A stretch of 64,000 nt of DNA from an uncultured Verrucomicrobiae bacterium (GCA_963788655.1 CAWBHS010000022.1:128001-192000), one strand, 5' to 3'. Counted from the stretch's first letter, positions 44,879 through 53,909 are shown. Notes: generated by a model not told the origin, from the sequence alone. Translations and numbers: made by a program.

Positions 44879-46398
44879 GGCTCCGTGGCGAGCCGATTGG
44901 CCCGCGTTAAACTGGCGCTGGGATTGATGCTCAGCCGGTGAATTGATTCCATGGCTGCCAGGAATCCTTGCGCTTTGGCCAACGTCTCCTCGTATTCGGC
45001 TTCGGGACTCGAATCAGCGACGATGCCGGCACCCACGTGGAAATGTGCCGTGTGATTCCGCCACAACGCGGTGCGAATGATGATGCTCAATTGGCTCTCG
45101 CGATTGAATCCGAGGTAGCCGAGGCAGCCGGTGTAGGGCCCGCGGATGACCGGCTCCATTTCGTCAATGATCTCCATCGCGCGAATTTTCGGTGCGCCGG
45201 TAATGCTGCCGCCAGGAAAACCGGCGGCCAGCGCCTCGAGGTGCGTCAAACCCGACCGCAACTGTCCGGTCACAGTGGATACCAAATGCTGCACGTGCGC
45301 GTATCGTTCCAGGCGGACCAACTCGGGGACGCGCACCGAGCCGTATTCGCAGACCTTGCCCAGATCGTTCCGGAGCAGGTCGGTGATCATCACCAGCTCG
45401 GCCATTTCCTTGGGGCTGGTTTGCAGTTCATAAGTCAACTGTGCGTCCCGATCCGGATCGGCCGAACGCGGGCGGGTGCCTTTGATGGGCCGCGTCTGTA
45501 TGTGGGCACCGCTCATTTGAAGGAACAACTCCGGCGAAGAGGATGCCAATTCAAAATCTCCGCAGTTCAGGTAGGCGGCGAACGGTGCCGGCGAAACGTC
45601 ACTCAAGCAACGAAACAAATCCCAACCGCTGCCGTGACAGGCGGTGGTCAACCGCTGGGCCAGGTTCACTTGGTAAATGTCCCCGGCCCGAATGTAACGT
45701 TGAGCCCGTTCCACCGCCGCGACAAATTGCTCGCGGCTGAAAGTGGAAGAACAGGCCAGTTGATTTGGCCGGAACGCATCAGTTGCAAAGGGGAGCGCGC
45801 CCGCCTCGGGCGCCGTGGTTGGCGCCTCGCCAACCACCTTCGAGCACCCAAGTGGCTCACGATTCAGTAATCGGTGTCTCCAAAACTCCAATTGCTCGCG
45901 CGTGCGCCGTTCGCTACGGGCCCCGTCCGGCTGCAATCCGGTGGACACGATCCAGCTCTTGCCAAGGGCGTGATCGAACACCACGAGGCTGTCATAGAAT
46001 CCCAGATGACAATCAGGCGATTGCACGTCGTTGGCCGCGCCGCGGGGCAAACGAGGTTCGAGGAAACTTTTCAAATCGTAGCCCCAATATCCAAAGCACC
46101 CACCCAAGGGAAACGGCACATCGACTTCGTCCAGCAACTCAAAACGCCCCAGCAAGCCCTGCAGGATGGACCACGGATTGCCAAATTGAACGCTGCGTTC
46201 GCCTTCGAACGCCAACTCGCAACGCGCTCCAAAAGAGCGGAACATGAGCATCGGCCGCGCGACGACGAACGAATAGCGACCCTGCCCGGCATCTAGCCGC
46301 CCACTGCGCAACAAAACGATGCCCGGCTCACCTTGGAGCCGTTCCACCAGACTTTCAGGCGACAATGCACCCGACGCTTCCTGGATTATCGGCGGCAT
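44875..46398 (-). CDS. pabB: Aminodeoxychorismate synthase component I
   Basis: GDIYQVNL, SPAPFAAY, SSSPELF, TRPIKGTRPR, ELVMITDLLRNDLG, FPGGSITGAPKIRAM and GAGIVADS; adjacent to a pabC-like gene. Confidence 0.9.
   Translation of the reverse strand: MPPIIQEASGALSPESLVERLQGEPGIVLLRSGRLDAGQGRYSFVVARPMLMFRSFGARCELAFEGERSVQFGNPWSILQGLLGRFELLDEVDVPFPLGGCFGYWGYDLKSFLEPRLPRGAANDVQSPDCHLGFYDSLVVFDHALGKSWIVSTGLQPDGARSERRTREQLEFWRHRLLNREPLGCSKVVGEAPTTAPEAGALPFATDAFRPNQLACSSTFSREQFVAAVERAQRYIRAGDIYQVNLAQRLTTACHGSGWDLFRCLSDVSPAPFAAYLNCGDFELASSSPELFLQMSGAHIQTRPIKGTRPRSADPDRDAQLTYELQTSPKEMAELVMITDLLRNDLGKVCEYGSVRVPELVRLERYAHVQHLVSTVTGQLRSGLTHLEALAAGFPGGSITGAPKIRAMEIIDEMEPVIRGPYTGCLGYLGFNRESQLSIIIRTALWRNHTAHFHVGAGIVADSSPEAEYEETLAKAQGFLAAMESIHRLSINPSASLTRANRLATEP
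45791..45837 (+). repeat. Palindromic repeat family A, copy 3, in-frame inside pabB
   Basis: GGGAGCGCGCCCGCCTCGGGCGCCGTGGTTGGCGCCTCGCCAACCAC; the first 22 nt from 45792 are identical to the intergenic copy at 14592. Confidence 0.8.
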
Positions 46399-46546
46399 AT
46401 TTGCATTCGTTGGTTGACCATCAGTGTTTCAACTCTCAATGCTCCGCGACAACGTGCCAGCGTTCGTCGAGAGGCACAAGGAACCAGTGATGGAACGGGA
46501 CTTAGTCCCGACCTGGTCGAGCCGCAAACATTTCGGAAGGCTCCAT

Positions 46547-46882
46547 TGCACCGCAAAGACACGAAGAACTTGGCGCGGCAAAGCCGCAACCAATCGCGGG
46601 GTAGGGCGAGACTCCGTCGAGTCCATACTTCCCCGCATCGCTGCCGATAACCCGAGGACCATAACGCGGGAAGCCTACGGCGTTACGAACCCCAAGGAGT
46701 TCCCCTCGTTCATCACCCAGTCTGCGGAAGTGCTTCGGGGAGGTTAGGGCTCGACGGAGTCTCGCCCTACCTAACCGCTGCTGTTGGCAGGAATTTTCGT
46801 CGCCGCTCGCGATTAATTTGCACTGGTGCAGTGCAAAGACGCTCAGCTAAATCCTTTGCGCGCTTCGTGTCTTTGCGGTGCA
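46547..46882. repeat. Nested palindromic elements: an outer 20-bp IR enclosing a GTAG-type REP doublet (family E, copy 1)
   Basis: TGCACCGCAAAGACACGAAG (46547-46566) pairs with CTTCGTGTCTTTGCGGTGCA (46863-46882). Inside, GGTAGGGCGAGACTCCGTCGAG (46600-46621) pairs with CTCGACGGAGTCTCGCCCTACC (46750-46771). Confidence 0.85.
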
Positions 46883-47209
46883 TCAGGCCGTTCGCCCGCC
46901 ACCGTGGCTTTTGAAGTCGATATTTGCGTTACTTGGGTTGCCGCTCGCTACGCTGCAACCGCCGAACTTGTACGCAAACCACCCCCATATTTCACCGCTT
47001 TGCCCCATCACCGCTTCAGCCTTTCCACGCTTCCACATTTAACCCTGTCAATCCGGCAACGAATTCACAGCACCTCCAGACTACGTTCTTCACGCGCTTG
47101 ACGGGGATCTATCGGTAGAAAATCTTTCGAGCCGCCAGTATCCCTGCCATTTTCCACGGCGAACCAAATGAACCTTGAACTTTGATGCGACTGTCTTAGG
47201 CTTCGAGTC

Positions 47210-49844
47210 ATGGCTCGGAAGGACTCCGGAAACCGCGCTCATCCTCGTGGCATGAGCGATATTATCGGCATCGTGCTGATCGCCCTGGCATTATTGCTTT
47301 TGGTGGCGCAACTGTCATTTGACCGTTACGACCTCGAAGCGAACCGTGTGCCGGTGAATCAGGCCGTGCACAATTGGATCGGCAGCGCCGGCGCGTTGGG
47401 CGCCAACCTGCTGTTCCAATTCTTTGGCGCCGCCGCATTTGTGCTGCCCTTGCTGCTGCTGCTGTTTGGCATCGGCTACCTGTTTGAATTCTTCGCCTAC
47501 TTGAAACGCCGCTGGTTCTGGGCGGCGGTGTTGCTGTTCTGTTCCCTGGGATTCTTTGACCTGTATTCGCACTTGCTGGAAGGGTTGCGCTACAATTTGA
47601 ACGCGCCCAGCGCCGGCGGTTACATCGGCAAGGCGATGAACGATTGGGTGTTTGGCCGATTTGGCAAGCCCGGCGCCACCATCATTTATGGCACGCTCTA
47701 CTTGATCAGCGTCATTTACCTGACCAACTTCCACCTCGGCGACTGGCTTCGAAGTTTGTTCCATCGGGAAACGAAACTGCCGGGCGAAGAACACTGGACG
47801 CCGGAGGAAAAAGTCCTTGCCCGCCGCGCCCGGGATTTGCAACGGAAGGCCTTGAAGTTGCAGGAAGAAATGGAGCGTTCAGGGTTGGGCGCGGATCTCC
47901 AACCCGTGCCGGTGCCCACCGTGCGCGATCTGAGCGTGCCCCAGCCGCGTTCCGATCGGAAATCGCGCGCGAAAACTCCCGAACCTGATTCCGAAACAGA
48001 CGGGGTTGAAGGGGAAATAATCCCCGCCGGCGAAGTCCGGGCCGCCTCGACCAAGGACATTCTGGGCGACCACGCAAAAACCAAACCGGACGCTCACGAA
48101 ACCAGCCCGGAAACCGAGCCCGAGGCCGAGCCCGCCGCGGCCGAATCCAAACCCACGCCGGCGGTGCCGATCAAGATCACCGACCAATCGATGGGCCGGC
48201 GCAGGCCGAAGAAGCCCAAGCCGATCACCGTCGCCGCGCACGCCGATGATCGGCAACTACCAGTTGCCGCCGATGGATTTCTTTCAATACCCGGACCAGA
48301 ACGTCAAACCGACCGAGTCCAAGGAGGAATTGATGGCCAACGCGCGGCTGATGCAGCAGACGCTGGCGCAGTTCGGCATCGAAGTTGCCCTGGGCGACAT
48401 CACCAAAGGCCCGACGATCACCCGCTACGAATTGCATCCCGGCGCCGGGCGTGAAGCTGGAAAAGATCACCGCGCTGAGCAACAACATCGCCGCCGCGCT
48501 CAAGGCCGAGCGCATTCACATCCTCGCGCCGGTGCCCGGCAAGAGTTCGGTCGGCATCGAGGTGCCCAACGCCGTCAAGACCAAGGTCATCATGCGCGAC
48601 CTGCTCGAGTCGGACGAATGGCGCAACACCAAGGCCCGCATTCCGCTGGCGCTGGGCAAGGACGTCTACGGCCATCCGATCATCGCCGACCTCGCGGACA
48701 TGCCGCACCTGCTGATTGCCGGCAGCACCGGCTCCGGCAAGTCGGTTTGCATCAATTCCATCATCGCCTCGCTGCTCTACCGGTTCTCCGCCCGACCAAC
48801 TCCGGTTCGTGATGATTGATCCGAAGGTCGTCGAGCTTGCAGCAATACAACCCCCTGCCGCACCTGGTCGTGCCGGTCGTCACCGATCCCAAGAAAGTCA
48901 TTCTCGCGCTGCGCTGGGTGGTGAACGAGATGGAGAAGCGCTACCAGATCTTCGCGCGAGTCGGCGTGCGCAACATCAAATCGTTCAACGACCGCCCGAA
49001 GAACAAACCCGCTGCCGCAGACCGGAACCGGAACTGCCGCTGACGCGCCAAGAAGGAAAAAGTGCGAACCCGGCGCCGAAGGCTTCGCGGTGGAAGTGGA
49101 CGAGGAAATCGTCGTGCCGCGCGAGGAAGACATCGTCATTCCCGAGAAGCTCAGCTACATCGTGGTCATCATCGACGAGCTGGCCGACCTGATGCTCGTG
49201 GCGCCGGCGGACGTCGAAATGGCCATCGCGCGCATCACGCAGATGGCGCGCGCGGCCGGCATCCATTGCATCGTCGCCACCCAGCGGCCGAGCGTGGACG
49301 TCATCACCGGCGTCATCAAGGCCAACATCCCGGCGCGCATCGCGTTCCAGGTGGCCGCCACGGTGGATTCGCGCACCATTCTCGATGCGATGGGCGCCGA
49401 CAAACTGCTGGGCAAGGGCGACATGCTTTACCTGCCGCCGGGCTCGGCCAAGCTGATCCGCGCGCAGGGCGCGCTCGATCACCGACCAGGAAATCCAGAA
49501 GCATCGTGGACTTCATCGCCAAGCAGGGCAAGCCCAGCTACGAGATGGAAATCCACCAGCAACTCTCCAAGCCGGCGCACGAGCTTCGAGAACGAGAGCG
49601 GCATCGACGAGGACGAGGACCTGATCCAGCAGTGCATCGAAGTCATTCGCAGCGAGCAAAAGGCCAGCGTCTCGCTGATGCAGCGCCGCTGCGCCTCGGC
49701 TACACCCGCGCCGCGCGCATCATGGATGAACTGGAGAACCGCGGCATTGTCGGCCCCAGCAAAGGCGCCGAGCCGCGCGACATCCTCATTGACCTCGACG
49801 GCACCGGCGCCGACGGCCTGCCTGCCAGCCAATCGCCGGCCTGA
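47210..49844 (+). CDS. ftsK: DNA translocase FtsK, 3' half broken by about 12 single-base indels
   Basis: 4TM N-domain (NWIGSAGA), [76 protein letters not shown] and gamma domain [14 protein letters not shown], spread over several frames. Confidence 0.92.
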
Positions 49845-50129
49845 CGAGGGCGCTATCCGGTTTTGGGTGCTCACAACTGGTACGGGCCGTGGGATCTCAC
49901 ACCGCTGCCGCCAAGATGGCCTTGACCGAGTGGAAGGAAAAGCACGCCCAAAACAGGAGAGATATCGCATTCTTCCAATCTGCGAACCATTGGCCATGGA
50001 TGGGCGATCTGAACAGGCGCGAGTATTGCAGCGAAGCTCAGGTGGAATTCTCATGGGTTGACGCCGCGCTGCCATTTGACGTAATCTGTTGACGTGAATG
50101 GGATTACCGATGGAGTTTCAATGGTTCAC

Positions 50130-50164
50130 TATACGAACCGATGGTTCGTTGAATAATTGTAGGC
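50130..50164 (+). mobile_element. Putative attI-like site at the head of the cassette array
   Basis: ACGAACC-gat-GGTTCGT palindrome (50133-50149) followed by GTAGGC (50159-50164), one T short of GTTAGGC, the complement of cassette 1's inverse core GCCTAAC. Confidence 0.5.
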
Positions 50165-50177
50165 TCGGAGAGTACGC

Positions 50178-50492
50178 ATGCTCATAGTCTTCTCCATTAC
50201 GGTCGTCGTTTTGCCCGCGCTCCTCACCGTTGCAGCGTGCGCATTCGCGGAGCGGCAGCATCGCAAAGCTGCTTGGTACGTGGCGTTATTCGCCTGCATT
50301 GTGACTGGCTTTATTGGCGCCATTTTGATTTTTCAGGGAGACGTATTTTATTTAGATTCTTGGCTGGACAACGGCAAAGGTTCGCCAGTTCGGAATTGCT
50401 TCTTGATAGGGAGTGGGGTCGGCTTGCTCCCTGGATTGTTCGTTGTCCGATTTTACCGTGAGAGATTCAAGGGCCATAAAAAACTTGCCTAA
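50178..50492 (+). CDS. Gene cassette 1: small membrane protein of unknown function
   Basis: 104 aa with about 3 hydrophobic segments and lower GC; its TAA stop lies inside the attC inverse core GCCTAAC. Confidence 0.75.
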   Translation: MLIVFSITVVVLPALLTVAACAFAERQHRKAAWYVALFACIVTGFIGAILIFQGDVFYLDSWLDNGKGSPVRNCFLIGSGVGLLPGLFVVRFYRERFKGHKKLA

Positions 50493-50582
50493 CAAATCGA
50501 GTCACCGAATGACCGGCAAGCACGTCAGTTTTGAATTTGGAAGGCACCGGGATGCCGCTCATCGGCGCTCTCCGCGTTAGCC
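50487..50582 (+). mobile_element. attC site 1 (96 bp)
   Basis: GCCTAAC...GTTAGCC; inner arms CCGAATGACCGGCA and TGCCGCTCATCGG pair imperfectly with an extrahelical base. Confidence 0.8.
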
Positions 50583-50598
50583 TGCATCGCACACGCCT

Positions 50599-50943
50599 AT
50601 GAACAAGATTGCGCCCATACTCGGAGAATCGCTGGCGGCTACACTCGTCATCGTCCTTTGTCTCTCGCTTCCCTCTTTCTTGGGCTTGCCTTTGTGGTCG
50701 CTGCCCTTGTTCGGCGTTCCGGCGATGCTTTATTTGGACTGGCGGCTCGGAGAGCGCCACTGGGCGCGCTGGAAGATTGTGCGCTGGGTGGTGGGCATGA
50801 GTTTGATCATGTTCCTTTGGTCTCGGTTTTCGCCGACGGACTACGGCTGGTGGATTGTGCTGTTGCTGCTGATCATCTTCCCGCCGAGTTCATGGCTGTT
50901 TTGGCGGAAGACGAAGAGAGAGGATTCACACCATGCAGGCTAA
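50599..50943 (+). CDS. Gene cassette 2: small Trp-rich membrane protein of unknown function
   Basis: 114 aa with about 4 hydrophobic segments; starts 16 nt after the core site and its TAA lies within GGCTAAC. Confidence 0.75.
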   Translation: MNKIAPILGESLAATLVIVLCLSLPSFLGLPLWSLPLFGVPAMLYLDWRLGERHWARWKIVRWVVGMSLIMFLWSRFSPTDYGWWIVLLLLIIFPPSSWLFWRKTKREDSHHAG

Positions 50944-51060
50944 CGAAGAGCGCTGCAGCGAACCGCCGCCCCGCTTTGCAGTCGGGCGGTTCGGATAATT
51001 TGTCATCGATTGTTGCAGCCGACCGGGCGTTTCCGGCGCCGGTCGCTGAGTTCGTTGGCC
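50938..51060 (+). mobile_element. attC site 2 (123 bp)
   Basis: GGCTAAC...GTTGGCC; arms CT(G)CAGCG(A)ACCG and CGGTCGCTGAG pair with two extrahelical bases, as typical of attC. Confidence 0.82.
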
Positions 51061-51136
51061 TGCTCCGGGCGGAACCCTGCTGTCCCTTCTCTTTTACGCA
51101 TCTTGACCCCCAACCTGGAAGAAACAGGCTTTGTGC

Positions 51137-51343
51137 ATGAGACAAGTATTGATCCATGCGGGTGAAGACGGTTACTGGGTTGCCGAGTGTCCGAGCTTGC
51201 CGGGCTGCGTGTCCCAAGGGACCACCCGCGAAGAAGCAATCCGCAACATCAAAGAGGCCATCGAGGGGTATGTCCTGGTGCTCAAGGAGGATGGACCTCC
51301 AGTGCCTGAGGACAAACTGGATGCACTTTTTTTGGCGGTATGA
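51137..51343 (+). CDS. hicB: HicB-family antitoxin (cassette 3)
   Basis: EDGYWVAECPSLPGCVSQGTTREEAIRNIKEAIEGY; a candidate own promoter TTGACC-16-CAGGCT (51103-51130) lies just before the ATG. Confidence 0.9.
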   Translation: MRQVLIHAGEDGYWVAECPSLPGCVSQGTTREEAIRNIKEAIEGYVLVLKEDGPPVPEDKLDALFLAV

Positions 51344-51562
51344 GCACGCTGCCGCGTGTTTCAGGGCAGCAGGTGGTCGCGGCGCTGCCGAGCATAAGGC
51401 TTCCGGGTTCGCCGCCAACATGGAAGCCACATCATCATGCGGCGGGATGATCCCTTCGCCCAGACAGTAGTGCCCGCGCACCGCGAACTGGATCGGGGAA
51501 TGTTGAGAGCCATTCTCCGTCAGATCGAAATAAGTGTGGAAGAGTTTGTTCGCTTACTTTGA
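51340..51562 (+). CDS. hicA: HicA-family mRNase toxin (cassette 3), frameshifted at 51396-51397
   Basis: Removing one A gives MSTLPRVSGQQVVAALPSIGFRVRRQHGSHIIMRRDDPFAQTVVPAHRELDRGMLRAILRQIEISVEEFVRLL (GSH, VPxH motifs). ATGA overlap with hicB. Confidence 0.85.
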
Positions 51563-51567
51563 AATCT

Positions 51568-51690
51568 GGCCAACCAGGGCGATGGAACGTTGCGGCTTGT
51601 GGCTTTCACGAACTCAATCGCGGCAATTGCAGTGAAAAGGAGAGCACGCACACCCAGAGCGATGATAATCCGAGACTGCGCCGGTTGGCC
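51568..51690 (+). mobile_element. attC site 3, degenerate or truncated
   Basis: GGCCAAC (51568-51574) lies 5 nt after the hicA stop and complements the cassette's start core GTTGGCC. Another GTTGGCC is at 51684-51690, but the inner arms pair poorly. Confidence 0.5.
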
Positions 51691-51740
51691 CGCGACTGGA
51701 GCGTCACGTAACAGCGAGTGAAACCAATGCTCGAAAACTT

Positions 51741-51783
51741 GTGGGCGAGGCGCCAACCGTAGCGCCTGAGGCGGGCGCGCTCC
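51741..51783 (-). repeat. Palindromic repeat family A, copy 4
   Basis: Reverse complement GGAGCGCGCCCGCCTCAGGCGCTACGGTTGGCGCCTCGCCCAC. Confidence 0.75.
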
Positions 51784-51789
51784 GCAGGC

Positions 51790-52533
51790 TTAGTCCGACG
51801 GACCGGCATATCTTTGGCGCGCGGCTTCGAGGGACTGCGGGGTGCCGATGTCCAGAATCGTCCCCTGGATTCGATGGGCATAGACCGGCTCCCGCTGAAA
51901 CAGCCATTCGATGAAATGGCCGGGCGCCTCCGCGGAACCGCCCTGGGCCAGGTACTCGGATACGCGCGGCAATGTGCGTTGGGGAAACAGGTAAATCGGC
52001 GGCACGGCCAATTGGGTTTTTGGCTCACGCGGCTTCTCAGCGAATTCCAAGACGCGGTTGCGCTCGTCCAGCACGACCACTCCCGTGCGCCGAAGCCGTT
52101 CCGTGTCCGAGACAACGTGGACACACAGATGGCTGGTGGGGCAGGCACGAAAAGCGGAGGCCAATTCCATCAGCGGAAACTCGAGGATATTGTCCGCGGC
52201 CGTGACCAACAAATCGTCGTCAATCCTCGCCTGTCGCACGGCAAATTGTAGATCGCCGATGGCGCCGAGCCGGTCCTCGTTGCTGGTGGTGCCGTCATCG
52301 ATGAGCGTGATTTTCCGGGTGCCAACCCACCGCCGCCGCCAAGCTTCAAAGTGCGGCAAGAACCGGTGGTTGGTGATAAGAAAGACGTGATCGAGGGCGG
52401 GGATCGTTTCCAGTTGGCCCATCAAATGATCCAGGATGGTTTGTCCGCCCGCCTCGAGCAACGGCTTGGGAAAGTCCTTCGTCAACGGGTATAGCCTCGT
52501 CGCATAACCGGCTGCGAGAATAAGCGCTTTCAT
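51790..52533 (-). CDS. Sugar-1-phosphate nucleotidyltransferase (NTP_transferase family)
   Basis: MKALILAAGYATRLYPLT...PKPLL, DDGTTSNEDRLGAIGD, FAEKP and DIGT. ATG overlaps the kinase stop. Confidence 0.92.
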   Translation of the reverse strand: MKALILAAGYATRLYPLTKDFPKPLLEAGGQTILDHLMGQLETIPALDHVFLITNHRFLPHFEAWRRRWVGTRKITLIDDGTTSNEDRLGAIGDLQFAVRQARIDDDLLVTAADNILEFPLMELASAFRACPTSHLCVHVVSDTERLRRTGVVVLDERNRVLEFAEKPREPKTQLAVPPIYLFPQRTLPRVSEYLAQGGSAEAPGHFIEWLFQREPVYAHRIQGTILDIGTPQSLEAARQRYAGPSD

Positions 52534-53909
52534 AAGCGTCGCGCTCCATCCGCCGATTGGCACAGAAGAAAGCGGGCCCGCGCCGCGAGCTGGGGCTGGC
52601 GCCGGGCGTAGGCCGCTTGCAGTTCCGGCAGCGCGTGTCGGGCGGCGTCCGGTTCGGCCAAGGCCACGCAACACCCCCGAAAACCGGCCCCGCTAAATCG
52701 CGCACCGTAAATGCCCGGCGTATGGACCAGTAAGTTGTAAAGATCGAGCAAGGGCTGACTGCCACATTCGTAATTGTCGATCGAACTCTGCCCCGACTCG
52801 GTCATCAACTTTCCAAACCGGATCCAATCGCCCCCGCGCCAGGCGTCAATCCCGTCGTGAACACGCTGCATTTCCGTGAAGAAATGTTGGGCGCGCCGGG
52901 CCGGGGCGCCGCTCAGGCGTGAACGGTGCGCGGCGTATTCCTCAGGCCGCACGTTGCCCAGATAAGCGGATTCATCGGTGCGCCCGACGGCGTCGAGCAG
53001 AATCCGGGCAGCCGCAGCACATTCGGCAACGCGCTGGTTGTAGTCGGTGGCAATGACGGCCTGGGTCAATCCGGAAACCGCCAGCAAAATAGTAAACGGC
53101 GGCGCCTGGCCTTTCTCAATCCAACGGATGCCACGGTTGTCGCGCGACGCGAGGTCATCAGTTTCATTCGTTGGCGCCTCTGAACGTGTTTTGAACGTCT
53201 GTAAACCGGTAGCCACCGACGTAAGGAGGTGGATCTGTTGGTCGCTTGGCGTTGGCGAATTCGCCTCCTCATGTTGGCGGTTACCCTTTTGAAACGCGCT
53301 CTCAGCGAATGCGTGGCAATTGATCACTGTGAGTTGGTCGTGTCTGGACAGCAGGATGGCGGATTGATCCAGGATACCGTTCTTCAGACCGAGATACTCG
53401 TTTTCGACGGCTTGGTCCAAAACGATGTTATGCGCCGCGGACACTTCAAGCTGATTGAGATCTTCCAGCGCCAGCAGGTACGCCACGCCAACGCTTGCCG
53501 AAGAACTTAGCCCAACCTCGGGCAATCCACCGCTGGTGACACCGACCATGCCCTGCCTCAGTCGATTCCCGCGGCTCAGTACCTTGATCGCACCGCGCGC
53601 ATAATCTCCCCAATCGCCGAGCGGAGCGGTGGGGACGTGCGCGAGGGGAATGGTGATTTCGTTGGAATACGCCAGGCTGCTCAGTCGCACTTCGTCGGAA
53701 CCGGACGGGGCGTAAGCGAGATATGTCCCTCGATCGATGGCCATCGCGGTGACGGTTCCCAATTGATGATCGATGTGCGCACCCAACGGGCAAATCCGAT
53801 ACGGCGACCAGACCACCCGAACCAGTGCCGGCGCGATGCCGTATCGGTCGTGCATCGCCTGGCGAAGCTGGCTCAAAGTGTCCGGTTGATCCATCGCGCT
53901 GTCTCTCAT
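52530..53909 (-). CDS. GHMP sugar kinase, galacturonokinase (plant GalAK)-like, with a ~60-aa insertion
   Basis: PYRICPLGAHIDHQ, GLSSSASVGVAYLLALE, ENEYLGLKNGILDQSAILLS, YNQRVAEC, SSIDNYECG and GARFSGAGFRGCC. GAHIDH replaces the galactokinase GEHxDY. Confidence 0.85.
   Translation of the reverse strand: MRDSAMDQPDTLSQLRQAMHDRYGIAPALVRVVWSPYRICPLGAHIDHQLGTVTAMAIDRGTYLAYAPSGSDEVRLSSLAYSNEITIPLAHVPTAPLGDWGDYARGAIKVLSRGNRLRQGMVGVTSGGLPEVGLSSSASVGVAYLLALEDLNQLEVSAAHNIVLDQAVENEYLGLKNGILDQSAILLSRHDQLTVINCHAFAESAFQKGNRQHEEANSPTPSDQQIHLLTSVATGLQTFKTRSEAPTNETDDLASRDNRGIRWIEKGQAPPFTILLAVSGLTQAVIATDYNQRVAECAAAARILLDAVGRTDESAYLGNVRPEEYAAHRSRLSGAPARRAQHFFTEMQRVHDGIDAWRGGDWIRFGKLMTESGQSSIDNYECGSQPLLDLYNLLVHTPGIYGARFSGAGFRGCCVALAEPDAARHALPELQAAYARRQPQLAARARFLLCQSADGARRL
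53209..53284. repeat. GTAG-type REP doublet inside the kinase coding sequence
   Basis: GTAG-CCACC-GACGTAAGGA-GGTGG-AT (53209-53234) and a degenerate inverted copy ATTCGCCTCCTCATGTTGGCGGTTAC (53259-53284). Confidence 0.75.

Noticed and set aside
48230..49700. Programmed frameshifting or a true ftsK pseudogene
   Set aside because: There are too many indels, no slippery sequences, and the protein motifs are intact. The pattern fits a consensus artefact.
49845..50130. Integron integrase (intI) or its remnant upstream of the attI-like site; ORF 49889-50092
   Set aside because: The gap is under 300 bp and I found no tyrosine-recombinase motifs. The short ORF has no recognisable features.
50133..50149. 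LexA (SOS) box
   Set aside because: The spacing is GAAC-N5-GTTC, not the N4 of the Gram-positive box. It is better read as part of the attI-like site.
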